Source of the DNA: an uncultured bacterium
Lineage (GTDB): Bacteria > Patescibacteriota > Minisyncoccia > Phycocordibacterales > UBA9973
Assembly (NCBI GenBank): GCA_903834665.1
Contig: CAILJY010000070.1
Location: 1-45,132 of the forward strand
Direction of reading: 5' to 3'
Length of the DNA stretch: 45,132 nt
The position numbers were made by a program, and so were the translations under genes. Of this stretch, positions 27,192 to 34,472 are shown one piece after another. Under the pieces are notes generated by a model that was not told the DNA's origin, ran no database searches, and saw only the letters and a program-made list of their open reading frames with translations. Position 1 is the first letter of the stretch. Every line of letters starts with the position of its first letter.

Positions 27192-28058
27192 ATGAGAGAT
27201 ATTCCTACATCTCCGCGTGTGATAGAAATAAGGCATAATCGTCGGATCAAACGGTTACGTTTTTTAGCATTTGGGATAGTTCTATTGATAGCTATTATTT
27301 TTGCTCTTTCTTTTTTTTCTGGCAGTAAAGGGATGATGATAAATAAAATAGAAATAACTGGTACCCATATAATAGATCAGAATGATGTTAAAGAAGAAAT
27401 TTATCAAAATATTTTTGGTAGGTATGTTTATCTTTTTGATAAATCTAATGGTTTTATTTATCCTCATGATCAAATATATGATAACTTAATTTTAAAATTT
27501 CCAAGGATTAAGAAACTTTCAGTATATAGAGATGATTTGAAAACATTACATATCGATATAACAGAAAAGATTGGATCATATCTTTATTGTGGAATTGATA
27601 TTCCAATAAATAAAAATGAATTAGGAGAAAATTGTTATTTTATAAATAATGATGGACTTATTTTTGATAAAGCACCTTATTTTTCAGGTAATGTTTATTT
27701 TAAATATTATGTAGAATTAGAAAATGGACGTAAGGAACCATTAGGAGCACAATTATTTAATTCAGAATATTTTTATAAGATGACTAGATTTATCGATGGT
27801 ATTTCTTCTCTAGGATTTAAGCCAATATATATAATAATGAGTAAAGATGGGACCAATTCATTATATTTGGATAGTAAAAATAATGAAAATATTCCAAAAA
27901 TAATTTTTAAAAATGAGGATGATCTTGATATTATAAAAGATAATTTTGATATTGCTATGAAGAAAAAAGAATTTGCCAATGAAGTTAATTCAAAGTATGA
28001 TAAACTTTTATACATAGATCTTCGTTTTAAAAATAAAGTCCTATATAAATTCCAGTAA
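27192..28058 (+). CDS. FtsQ/DivIB-like cell-division protein (TM helix + POTRA-like region)
   Basis: 288 aa. Basic N-terminus, one TM helix, then INKIEITGTHIIDQNDVKEEI, which resembles a POTRA start. Confidence 0.5.
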   Translation: MRDIPTSPRVIEIRHNRRIKRLRFLAFGIVLLIAIIFALSFFSGSKGMMINKIEITGTHIIDQNDVKEEIYQNIFGRYVYLFDKSNGFIYPHDQIYDNLILKFPRIKKLSVYRDDLKTLHIDITEKIGSYLYCGIDIPINKNELGENCYFINNDGLIFDKAPYFSGNVYFKYYVELENGRKEPLGAQLFNSEYFYKMTRFIDGISSLGFKPIYIIMSKDGTNSLYLDSKNNENIPKIIFKNEDDLDIIKDNFDIAMKKKEFANEVNSKYDKLLYIDLRFKNKVLYKFQ

Positions 28059-28066
28059 ATCGTTCC

Positions 28067-28142
28067 GCAGAATTATTAAAATTTTTCCCGTTTTACCCAG
28101 GGTACTGGGCTCCGACACGGATAAAAATTTCAATAATTCTGC
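28067..28142. repeat. 76-nt extended imperfect hairpin element with GC-rich apex (E1)
   Basis: Arms gcagaattattaaaattttt and aaaaatttcaataattctgc. Apex cccag-ggta-ctggg. Shares the 10-mer gacacggata with the element at 42903-42999. Confidence 0.45.
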
Positions 28143-28161
28143 TTCACAGTTTAATTAAAGT

Positions 28162-29262
28162 ATGAAAAATATTTTTGAAAAATTAGAAAAACCATTTTTT
28201 TGTTTAGCCCCAATGGCCGATGTAACCGATGCGGCTTTTAGAAGTATTATTTGTAAATATGGTAAACCAGATATTTTTTGGACAGAATTTGTTTCGGCTG
28301 ATGGTCTTTCTAGCCCTGGAAGAGAAATCTTAAAAGATAATTTGATTTTTAATAAAAAAGAACATCCTATTGTTGTTCAGCTTTTTTCTTCAAATATAGA
28401 TAAAATGCGCGAGGCCTCAAAATATTGTGCATCTCTTGGTTTTGATGGGATTGATATCAATATGGGGTGCCCAGACCGTTCTGTAGAAAAACAAGGTGCT
28501 GGAGCTGCAATGATAAAAGATATGAAAAAAGCAGGGGAAATAATCCAAGCTGTAAAAGATGGAATAAAAGATTTTAAAAAAAAGGGAAAGACAAAAAATA
28601 TTTCTATATCAGTAAAAACTAGGATTGGATACAATAAAAATCAAATCAAGGAATGGATTCCATTTCTATTATCATGTGGCATTGATGCTTTGACTATTCA
28701 TGCTCGTACACGAAAAGAGATGTCTCTCGTCCCAGCCAGATGGGAGCATATTAAAGAAGTTGTTGAAATTAGAAATAAAATGGGAGTTAAAACGAAGATT
28801 ATAGGGAATGGTGATGTTAGGGATTTAAAACATGGGTATGAACTTGCAAAAGAAACAGGTTGTGACGGAGTGATGATTGGGAGAGCGATATTTGGTAATC
28901 CGTGGTTGTTTACTAATAGTAGGAATGGAATTAATTCAAAATTTTCTCAGGTTCTCGGACGAGGGAGGACGAGGAGCCAGACCAGTTCAAAAATTTTAAT
29001 TAATTCCACTCCTACATTAAAAGAAAAATTAAAAGTTATGTTAGAGCATACAAAATTATTTGAAAAAATACTTGGTAAACATAGGAATTTTGCTATTATG
29101 AAAAAACATTTTAAAGCTTATGTTAATGGTTTTCCTGCCCGCCCTCACGATAGTTCGGGAGCAGGCGGGATTGGAACTAAAGAATTACGCGTAAAACTTA
29201 TGGAAACAAAAAATGCGAAAGAAGTAGAGAAAATAGTTTCTAATTTTCTCAAAAATCATTAA
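28162..29262 (+). CDS. dus: tRNA-dihydrouridine synthase with two GC-rich in-frame insertions
   Basis: 366 aa. FMN-binding TIM-barrel motifs (LAPMADVTDAAFR, GCDGVMIGRAIFGNPWLF). Confidence 0.88.
   Translation: MKNIFEKLEKPFFCLAPMADVTDAAFRSIICKYGKPDIFWTEFVSADGLSSPGREILKDNLIFNKKEHPIVVQLFSSNIDKMREASKYCASLGFDGIDINMGCPDRSVEKQGAGAAMIKDMKKAGEIIQAVKDGIKDFKKKGKTKNISISVKTRIGYNKNQIKEWIPFLLSCGIDALTIHARTRKEMSLVPARWEHIKEVVEIRNKMGVKTKIIGNGDVRDLKHGYELAKETGCDGVMIGRAIFGNPWLFTNSRNGINSKFSQVLGRGRTRSQTSSKILINSTPTLKEKLKVMLEHTKLFEKILGKHRNFAIMKKHFKAYVNGFPARPHDSSGAGGIGTKELRVKLMETKNAKEVEKIVSNFLKNH
28927..29007. repeat. 81-bp GC-rich-core palindromic element inside the dus CDS
   Basis: ggaattaattcaaaatttt ... aaaattttaattaattcc are inverted arms with one indel. 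The core matches the copy at 10226-10306. It is translated as GINSKFSQVLGRGRTRSQTSSKILINS, a different frame from the other copy. Confidence 0.7.
29134..29172. repeat. 39-nt GC-rich hairpin-forming in-frame insertion in dus
   Basis: cctgcccgccctcacgatagttcgggagcaggcgggatt (26/39 G+C) with cccgcc/ggcggg pairing. It encodes PARPHDSSGAGGI between GF and GTKELR. Confidence 0.5.
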
Positions 29263-29285
29263 TTTGGCTTGCTCCGTTGTAAATT

Positions 29286-29314
29286 TTGATAAAAATTTCT
29301 TTACGGGGTATAAT
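29286..29314 (+). promoter_or_regulatory. Near-consensus promoter giving a leaderless dnaX mRNA
   Basis: TTGATA (29286-29291), 17-nt spacer, TATAAT (29309-29314). The ATG at 29322 is 7 nt after the -10 hexamer. Confidence 0.5.
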
Positions 29315-29321
29315 CAAGTTT

Positions 29322-30368
29322 ATGAAGGACTCAAATATTGCATTATATAGAAAATATAGACCAGAGAGTTTTGATGAAGTTATTGGCCAAGATCATATTG
29401 TTAAAGCTATTTCTGGCAGTTTAAAAGTAGGGAAGGTGGCTCATGCTTATCTTCTTTGTGGTCCGCGTGGAACAGGCAAGACAACTATTGCTCGTATTAT
29501 AGCTCGCGAGCTTGGATCATCTATAAATGATATTTATGAAATGGATGCTGCAAGTAATAGAGGGATAGATGATATAAGAGAAATTAAAGAAAATGTTCGA
29601 ACCTTGCCTTTTGATTCGAAATACAAAATTTATATTTTAGATGAAGTTCATATGTTTACCAAAGATGCATGGAATGCCCTTCTAAAAACTATCGAAGAGC
29701 CTCCAGAGCATGTTATTTTTATTCTTGCTACAACAGAGCTTGAAAAAGTCCCTGAGACAATTATTTCTCGTTGCCAGAGTTTTGTTTTTAAAAAACCAAC
29801 AGACTCTATCCTTTCAAAAGTAATAAATGATGTTGCTCAAAAAGAAGGGTATAAACTAGAAGAGGGAGGAGCAGAACTTATAGCACTCCTTGCTGATGGA
29901 GCTTTTCGTGATGCTCTAGGAACTTTACAAAAAGTTATATCTTTTACAAAAAATAAAATTATAAATATGTCTGAGATAGAAGAAATAACAGGAGCTCCAA
30001 ATAGTACTTTAGTTGATAGCTTTTTAGATGCATTAGCTCAAAATGATATTGAAAAAGGTTTTTCTTCGATAGAAAAAGCAGTTAGTCAAAATATAGAAAT
30101 GAGTGTTTATATTAAAATGATTCTTTATAAACTTCGTTATGCTCTAATGCTTCGTTATGTTCCTAGCTCAAAAGAATCAATTGAAAAAAATATAAATGAG
30201 AAAGATTTAGATTATTTGATTAAACTTATTTCTACAAAACCAGAACATATTTCATCCAATACACTTTCTATCTTACTCGAAGCTTATCAGGATCTTCGTT
30301 TTTCTGTTATCAACCAATTGCCTCTTGAACTTGCTTTAATGAAAATTCTTAATGCAGAAAATAAATAA
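29322..30368 (+). CDS. dnaX: DNA polymerase III gamma/tau subunit, short form (domains I-III only)
   Basis: Start chosen at ATG 29322 (MKDSNIALYRKYRPESF), not the TTG at 29286 used by the ORF track. Walker A GPRGTGKTT, and YILDEVHM. Confidence 0.88.
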   Translation: MKDSNIALYRKYRPESFDEVIGQDHIVKAISGSLKVGKVAHAYLLCGPRGTGKTTIARIIARELGSSINDIYEMDAASNRGIDDIREIKENVRTLPFDSKYKIYILDEVHMFTKDAWNALLKTIEEPPEHVIFILATTELEKVPETIISRCQSFVFKKPTDSILSKVINDVAQKEGYKLEEGGAELIALLADGAFRDALGTLQKVISFTKNKIINMSEIEEITGAPNSTLVDSFLDALAQNDIEKGFSSIEKAVSQNIEMSVYIKMILYKLRYALMLRYVPSSKESIEKNINEKDLDYLIKLISTKPEHISSNTLSILLEAYQDLRFSVINQLPLELALMKILNAENK

Positions 30369-31602
30369 TAAAATTTGGGATGTAATAATTATAGGAGGAG
30401 GAGCATCTGGAATGATGGCTGGAGCTGTGGCTTCTTCGCGTTCTTTATCGGTATTGATTATAGATAAGAATAAATCCCTTGGAGAAAAATTAAAAATCAC
30501 TGGGGGAGGACGATGCAATATTACAAATAATGAACCAGATATTCATAAACTATTAAAAGTTTATGGAGAAGGTGCCCCATATTTATATTCACCTTTTTCT
30601 ATTTTTGGAGTTAAAGATACTTTTAATTATTTTGAGTCTCTTGGTTTGCCCCTTGTTGTTCAAGCCCGTAATCGTGTTTTTCCAAAAACAGAAAAAGCAT
30701 TTGATGTTTTTAATGTTTTATATAAAGAATTGATAAAAAATAATACAATTATAAAAACAAATTGTATTGTAACTAAAATTAATAAAGATAAAAATGAAAT
30801 AATAAGTATTGATACTAATCAAGGGAAATTATATGCAAAATCTTTTATTTTAGCGACAGGGGGGTTATCACATCCAGAGACTGGGTCAACAGGGGATGGT
30901 TTTAAATTTTTAAGAGAAATTGGCCATTCTGTAATTGATCCAAATCCAAATGTTGTACCTATTATGGTAGGCGATAGTTGGGTTAAAGATTTAGCAGGAG
31001 TAACATTATCTTTTATGAAAATAACATTTTATTTAGAAAATAAAAAACAATTTTCTAAAACAGGTAAAATATTATTTACACACTTTGGCCTTTCTGGACC
31101 TCTTATTTTAAATAGTGCTAAAGACATTAAAATGCTTCTTGATAAAGGGTTAGTTACCGCGTCTATAGATCTTTATCCTGATACAGATATAAGTGATTTG
31201 GATAAAAAGATTATAAAAATTTTCGATTCAAATAAAAATAAAATGTTAAAAAGTATAATAAAAGAAATTGTACCAGATGGTATGTCTAAAGCTTTTTTAG
31301 AAATTATAAATTTTATTGATTTAAATATTAAGGTTCATAGTATAACAAAAGAAGAGAGAAGAAAAATAATTGATTTATTAAAAGATTTACCTTTATCTAT
31401 AGAAGATTTGATGGGGTATGATAGATCAGTAGTTTCTGATGGAGGAGTTGTTATTTCTGAAGTAGACATGAAAAATATGCGTTCAAAAAAATTTTTGAAT
31501 TTATATATTACTGGGGATTTACTTCATTTAAATAGAAATTCAGGAGGATATAGTCTACAGATTTGTTGGACGACTGGCTATATTGCAGGCATGTCCGTAT
31601 AA
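30352..31602 (+). CDS. NAD(P)/FAD-dependent oxidoreductase, HI0933/BaiN-like flavoprotein
   Basis: 416 aa with dinucleotide fold WDVIIIGGGASGMMAG and GGRCNITN. Overlaps dnaX by 17 nt. Confidence 0.8.
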   Translation: MQKINNKIWDVIIIGGGASGMMAGAVASSRSLSVLIIDKNKSLGEKLKITGGGRCNITNNEPDIHKLLKVYGEGAPYLYSPFSIFGVKDTFNYFESLGLPLVVQARNRVFPKTEKAFDVFNVLYKELIKNNTIIKTNCIVTKINKDKNEIISIDTNQGKLYAKSFILATGGLSHPETGSTGDGFKFLREIGHSVIDPNPNVVPIMVGDSWVKDLAGVTLSFMKITFYLENKKQFSKTGKILFTHFGLSGPLILNSAKDIKMLLDKGLVTASIDLYPDTDISDLDKKIIKIFDSNKNKMLKSIIKEIVPDGMSKAFLEIINFIDLNIKVHSITKEERRKIIDLLKDLPLSIEDLMGYDRSVVSDGGVVISEVDMKNMRSKKFLNLYITGDLLHLNRNSGGYSLQICWTTGYIAGMSV

Positions 31603-31608
31603 TATTAT

Positions 31609-32625
31609 TTAACTTTTTAATCCTTTTTTATAAATAGAAATTAGGCTATACAATAAACTTAAAACAAGTGGGCCGATAAGAATTCCAAGTGGGCCGATAA
31701 ATGACACTCCTCCTAAAATAGAAAATAGAATAAATAGAGATGGTATTTCTGTGTCTTTAGAAATAATATATGGATTTAATAAATTATCTATCGCTCCAAT
31801 CAGAATTATTGACCAGGCAAGAAGTCCTAATGCTTGTAATTGCATTCCAGTAAAGAATAAGAATAATATAGCAGGGACCGAGACAATAGAAGTTCCTATG
31901 GTTGGGACAAAAGAAGCAATACCAGCCACAACTGCCCAGATGATAGGATTAGGAATTCCAAAAATCATAAATCCAATCCAAGCTAGAATTCCTTGAGCTA
32001 TAGCTATAATAAAAGATCCTTTGAAAATTCTATTTATTGAATTTTTGAGATTTATTAAAATCTCATTTGTGTCTTCATCTTTAAGTGGAAAAATATTAAT
32101 AAAACCTTTTTTCCATTTTTCACCATCTTTTAATAAATAGAAAAGAGCAAGTATCATTACTGTGAACATTAAAATAGAATTTAATGTTGAAGTAAAGAAA
32201 TTTGCTAAATTACCAGTTAATGATGACATTAATTCTGTTATTTTGGAATGAACATCAAAATCAAACCCAATTGGAAGTAAACGATTTACAGAGGAATTGA
32301 TTGATTCTATTATATGATTAGAAGCTCCAGAACTAACTACATTGTAATACATGTCTTGAGTTTGATTAAAAATTGCTTTACCAACAAAAAACAAAGGGAT
32401 ACATAAACATAAAATAAATAGAATTACAGTGATAACAGAAGCAAGCCATGATATATTTTTAACTAAATGATTTTTTATAAATAAATAAATTGGAGAAAGG
32501 ACAACAGCGAAAGCTGCTGATAATATAAAAATAGTAAGAAATGGATAAAAAATTATAAGAGTTAGTACTATGGTTATTAGTAATAATATAAACAAAAAAT
32601 ATTTTTCTGTTGAATTTGTTTGCAT
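31609..32625 (-). CDS. AI-2E family (PerM/UPF0118) transporter
   Basis: 338 aa with about 8 TM segments and the typical C-terminal PLGILIGPLVL region. Confidence 0.75.
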   Translation of the reverse strand: MQTNSTEKYFLFILLLITIVLTLIIFYPFLTIFILSAAFAVVLSPIYLFIKNHLVKNISWLASVITVILFILCLCIPLFFVGKAIFNQTQDMYYNVVSSGASNHIIESINSSVNRLLPIGFDFDVHSKITELMSSLTGNLANFFTSTLNSILMFTVMILALFYLLKDGEKWKKGFINIFPLKDEDTNEILINLKNSINRIFKGSFIIAIAQGILAWIGFMIFGIPNPIIWAVVAGIASFVPTIGTSIVSVPAILFLFFTGMQLQALGLLAWSIILIGAIDNLLNPYIISKDTEIPSLFILFSILGGVSFIGPLGILIGPLVLSLLYSLISIYKKGLKS

Positions 32626-32708
32626 GAATATATTATAACATAATTTTTATTATATTTAGATAGTTGAAAAATAACTATTTTTAAGGTATTCTATAAGTGT
32701 TCAAATAT

Positions 32709-32779
32709 TTGGGGATCGTCTAATGGTAGGACAGTGGCCTTTGAAGCCATTAATTGGGGTTCGAATCCCTGTCCCCAAG
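32709..32779 (+). tRNA. tRNA-Gln (anticodon TTG), U1-A72 and G73, no encoded CCA
   Basis: ttggggatcgtctaatggtaggacagtggcctTTGaagccattaattggggttcgaatccctgtccccaag folds as a cloverleaf. Confidence 0.9.
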
Positions 32780-33065
32780 CAAAATTAAGAGAAACGCAAT
32801 TTTGCGTGGGGAAGAAAATGCGATTACGCATTTTCGCCAGGGATTCGGAGACCCTGAGTATATCGCACGGAGCTTTAGCGAGTACGATACGAAGGGTGTA
32901 CAGAATCTGTAAGATTCGAAAAGTGTAATCACGGTCCCTGTCAGGGATTCGAAAGACTTTTCCTTGCCGAAGGCGGAAAAGTACCCGCGACCGTAGGGCG
33001 AGAAATTCCCTGTCCCAATCTGTAAGATTCGAAAAGTGTACTCACGGTCCATGTCCCAATTTGTA
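32780..33065 (-). ncRNA. One full, one rearranged and one partial copy of the tRNA-end-mimic element with tRNA-Gln-specific arms
   Basis: Read on the minus strand, the module order equals that of the tRNA-Tyr copies. 32904-32942 and 33017-33055 match at 37/39 positions. Hairpin gaaaatgcg-atta-cgcattttc lies at 32814-32835. Confidence 0.5.
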
Positions 33066-33181
33066 AAAATTAAAAATTCCCTTGTAATATAATAATAATT
33101 TTTTAAATAAATTAGCATATATAAGATATGTATAGTATACTCCGAGAGTCGTTTTAGTAGAGTTTAATTTAGAATATTTAT

Positions 33182-33298
33182 ATGGATGAAGAAAAAGAAG
33201 TAGTTGAAGTAACCGAAGAAGTTGTAACTCCAGAAGTTGAGACTCCAGTTGAGGTGGAAACCCCAAGTGAAGAGGAAACTCCAGAAGCGGCTGCTTAA
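33182..33298 (+). CDS. Possible 38-aa highly acidic peptide
   Basis: My own ORF call, below the track cutoff: MDEEKEVVEVTEEVVTPEVETPVEVETPSEEETPEAAA. It is followed by an ~18-bp-stem hairpin at 33304-33347. No clear RBS. Confidence 0.3.
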   Translation: MDEEKEVVEVTEEVVTPEVETPVEVETPSEEETPEAAA

Positions 33299-33433
33299 AT
33301 TTTAGAATATAAAATCTCCCAACGAAAGAAGGGGGATTTTATATTCTCCTTGTGTTTTAAGTATAAAAAGGATAGTATTTATTAATAATCATAATAACTT
33401 GTCTTTATTGATAAGTAACAAAAAAATAATTTT

Positions 33434-33982
33434 ATGGGAAATTTTCAAGGAGGAGGTAATAGAGGAGGAGGGTTTAGGGGTGGTAATGGAGGAGGACGAC
33501 CAAGTTACGGCGGTAATCGTGGAGGAGATAGAGGAGAAGTTTCAATGCATAAAGCAGTTTGTGACGAATGTCATAAAAGTTGTGAAGTTCCTTTCCGTCC
33601 ATCTGGCGATAAGCCAGTATATTGTAGTGATTGTTTTAGTAGTAAAAGAGATAATGAAGATCGTGCTCCACGAAGAGAATTTTCTGATCGTGGACCCAAG
33701 AGAGATTTTGATAATAAATCATCTTCTTTCTCAAAACCAGCACCATCTCAAGATGATGTAAAAAAACAATTAAATGAGATGAACATTAAAATAGATCGTT
33801 TGATTGGCGTAGTGGAAAAACTTGTTTCTAATAAAGTAGAATCAAAACCAGTAGTAAAATCTACTTCAGTTATTTTACCTAAAGTAGAAATAAAAAAGGT
33901 AGTAGCTGTTAAGAAAGTTGCTCCTGTTAAAGTTATTGCAAAAAAGGTAGTAGCTAAAAAAATAGTAGGAAAGAAAAAATAA
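33434..33982 (+). CDS. CxxC-x17-CxxC zinc-ribbon protein with RGG-rich N-terminus and K/V-rich C-terminus
   Basis: 182 aa. CDEC-x17-CSDC core, flanked by low-complexity basic regions that suggest nucleic-acid binding. Confidence 0.7.
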   Translation: MGNFQGGGNRGGGFRGGNGGGRPSYGGNRGGDRGEVSMHKAVCDECHKSCEVPFRPSGDKPVYCSDCFSSKRDNEDRAPRREFSDRGPKRDFDNKSSSFSKPAPSQDDVKKQLNEMNIKIDRLIGVVEKLVSNKVESKPVVKSTSVILPKVEIKKVVAVKKVAPVKVIAKKVVAKKIVGKKK

Positions 33983-34000
33983 ATAATTCTATTTTTTTAC

Positions 34001-34030
34001 AAAAGCTCTCATTTGAGAGCTTTTGTTTTT
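34001..34030 (+). terminator. Intrinsic terminator
   Basis: aaaagctctca-tt-tgagagctttt followed by gtttttt. Confidence 0.7.
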
Positions 34031-34054
34031 TATAGTAGGGGTACATTGTTACTA

Positions 34055-34083
34055 TTGACAGGTTCATATAAAAATCATATAAT
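34055..34083 (+). promoter_or_regulatory. Perfect consensus promoter (TTGACA-N17-TATAAT) for the N/Y-rich peptide gene
   Basis: TTGACA 34055-34060, TATAAT 34078-34083. The ATG at 34092 is 8 nt downstream, implying a leaderless or near-leaderless mRNA. Confidence 0.65.
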
Positions 34084-34091
34084 ACTTCATT

Positions 34092-34472
34092 ATGAAAAAA
34101 TTATCTATTATATTAATTGGGATTTTATTATTTACGGGTTTGTCTTTTGTTTCTTTGCCAAATAAAGTAGAAGCTTGTGGGTATGCTTTTGGAAGCGGAT
34201 GCAATAGCTCATACTATAGACCCTCTAATTATAATTATAGACCAATATATAATTATCCAAATTATAATTACAGAAACAATAATTCTGCTTTTAATAATAA
34301 CTATTATCCATCTTCTTATAACTACAGAAGTTATGGTTCAAATTCTGCTTTTAATAATAACTATTATCCATCTTACTATAATTATGGAAGTTATAATTCA
34401 AATACTGCTTTTAATAATTATAACAATTATTATAGAGGAAATTCATATTGTTATAATTGGTGGAGATGTTAA
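34092..34472 (+). CDS. Secreted Asn/Tyr-rich repeat protein with terminal Cys pairs
   Basis: 126 aa. Signal peptide MKKLSIILIGILLFTGLSFVSLPNKVEA. 60-nt tandem repeats at 34281-34340, 34341-34400 and a partial one from 34401 encode NSAFNNNYYPS(S/Y)YNY... Cys pairs at both ends (CGYAFGSGC near the N-terminus, CYNWWRC at the C-terminus). Confidence 0.7.
   Translation: MKKLSIILIGILLFTGLSFVSLPNKVEACGYAFGSGCNSSYYRPSNYNYRPIYNYPNYNYRNNNSAFNNNYYPSSYNYRSYGSNSAFNNNYYPSYYNYGSYNSNTAFNNYNNYYRGNSYCYNWWRC

Noticed and set aside
29286-29321. TTG start at 29286 for dnaX (ORF-track start, MIKISLRGIIKF...)
   Set aside because: That stretch coincides with a TTGATA-N17-TATAAT promoter, and the conserved DnaX N-terminus begins at the ATG at 29322. 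Likewise 40986 was rejected in favour of 41016 for the DUF360 gene, because 40986 overlaps the YqeY gene end.
32734-33266. ORFs 32734-32928 (+), 32750-33118 (-) and 33042-33266 (-)
   Set aside because: They overlap tRNA-Gln, the repeat cluster, or the mirror strand of the purine-rich acidic mini-ORF. The repeat structure explains the open frames.
33399-33761. 120-aa ORF overlapping the CxxC-x17-CxxC gene, and the 99-aa ORF at 34177-34476 overlapping the N/Y-rich gene
   Set aside because: These are alternative frames of low-complexity coding sequence (GGA-rich and AAT/TAT-rich). The chosen frames carry the zinc-ribbon motif and a signal peptide respectively.
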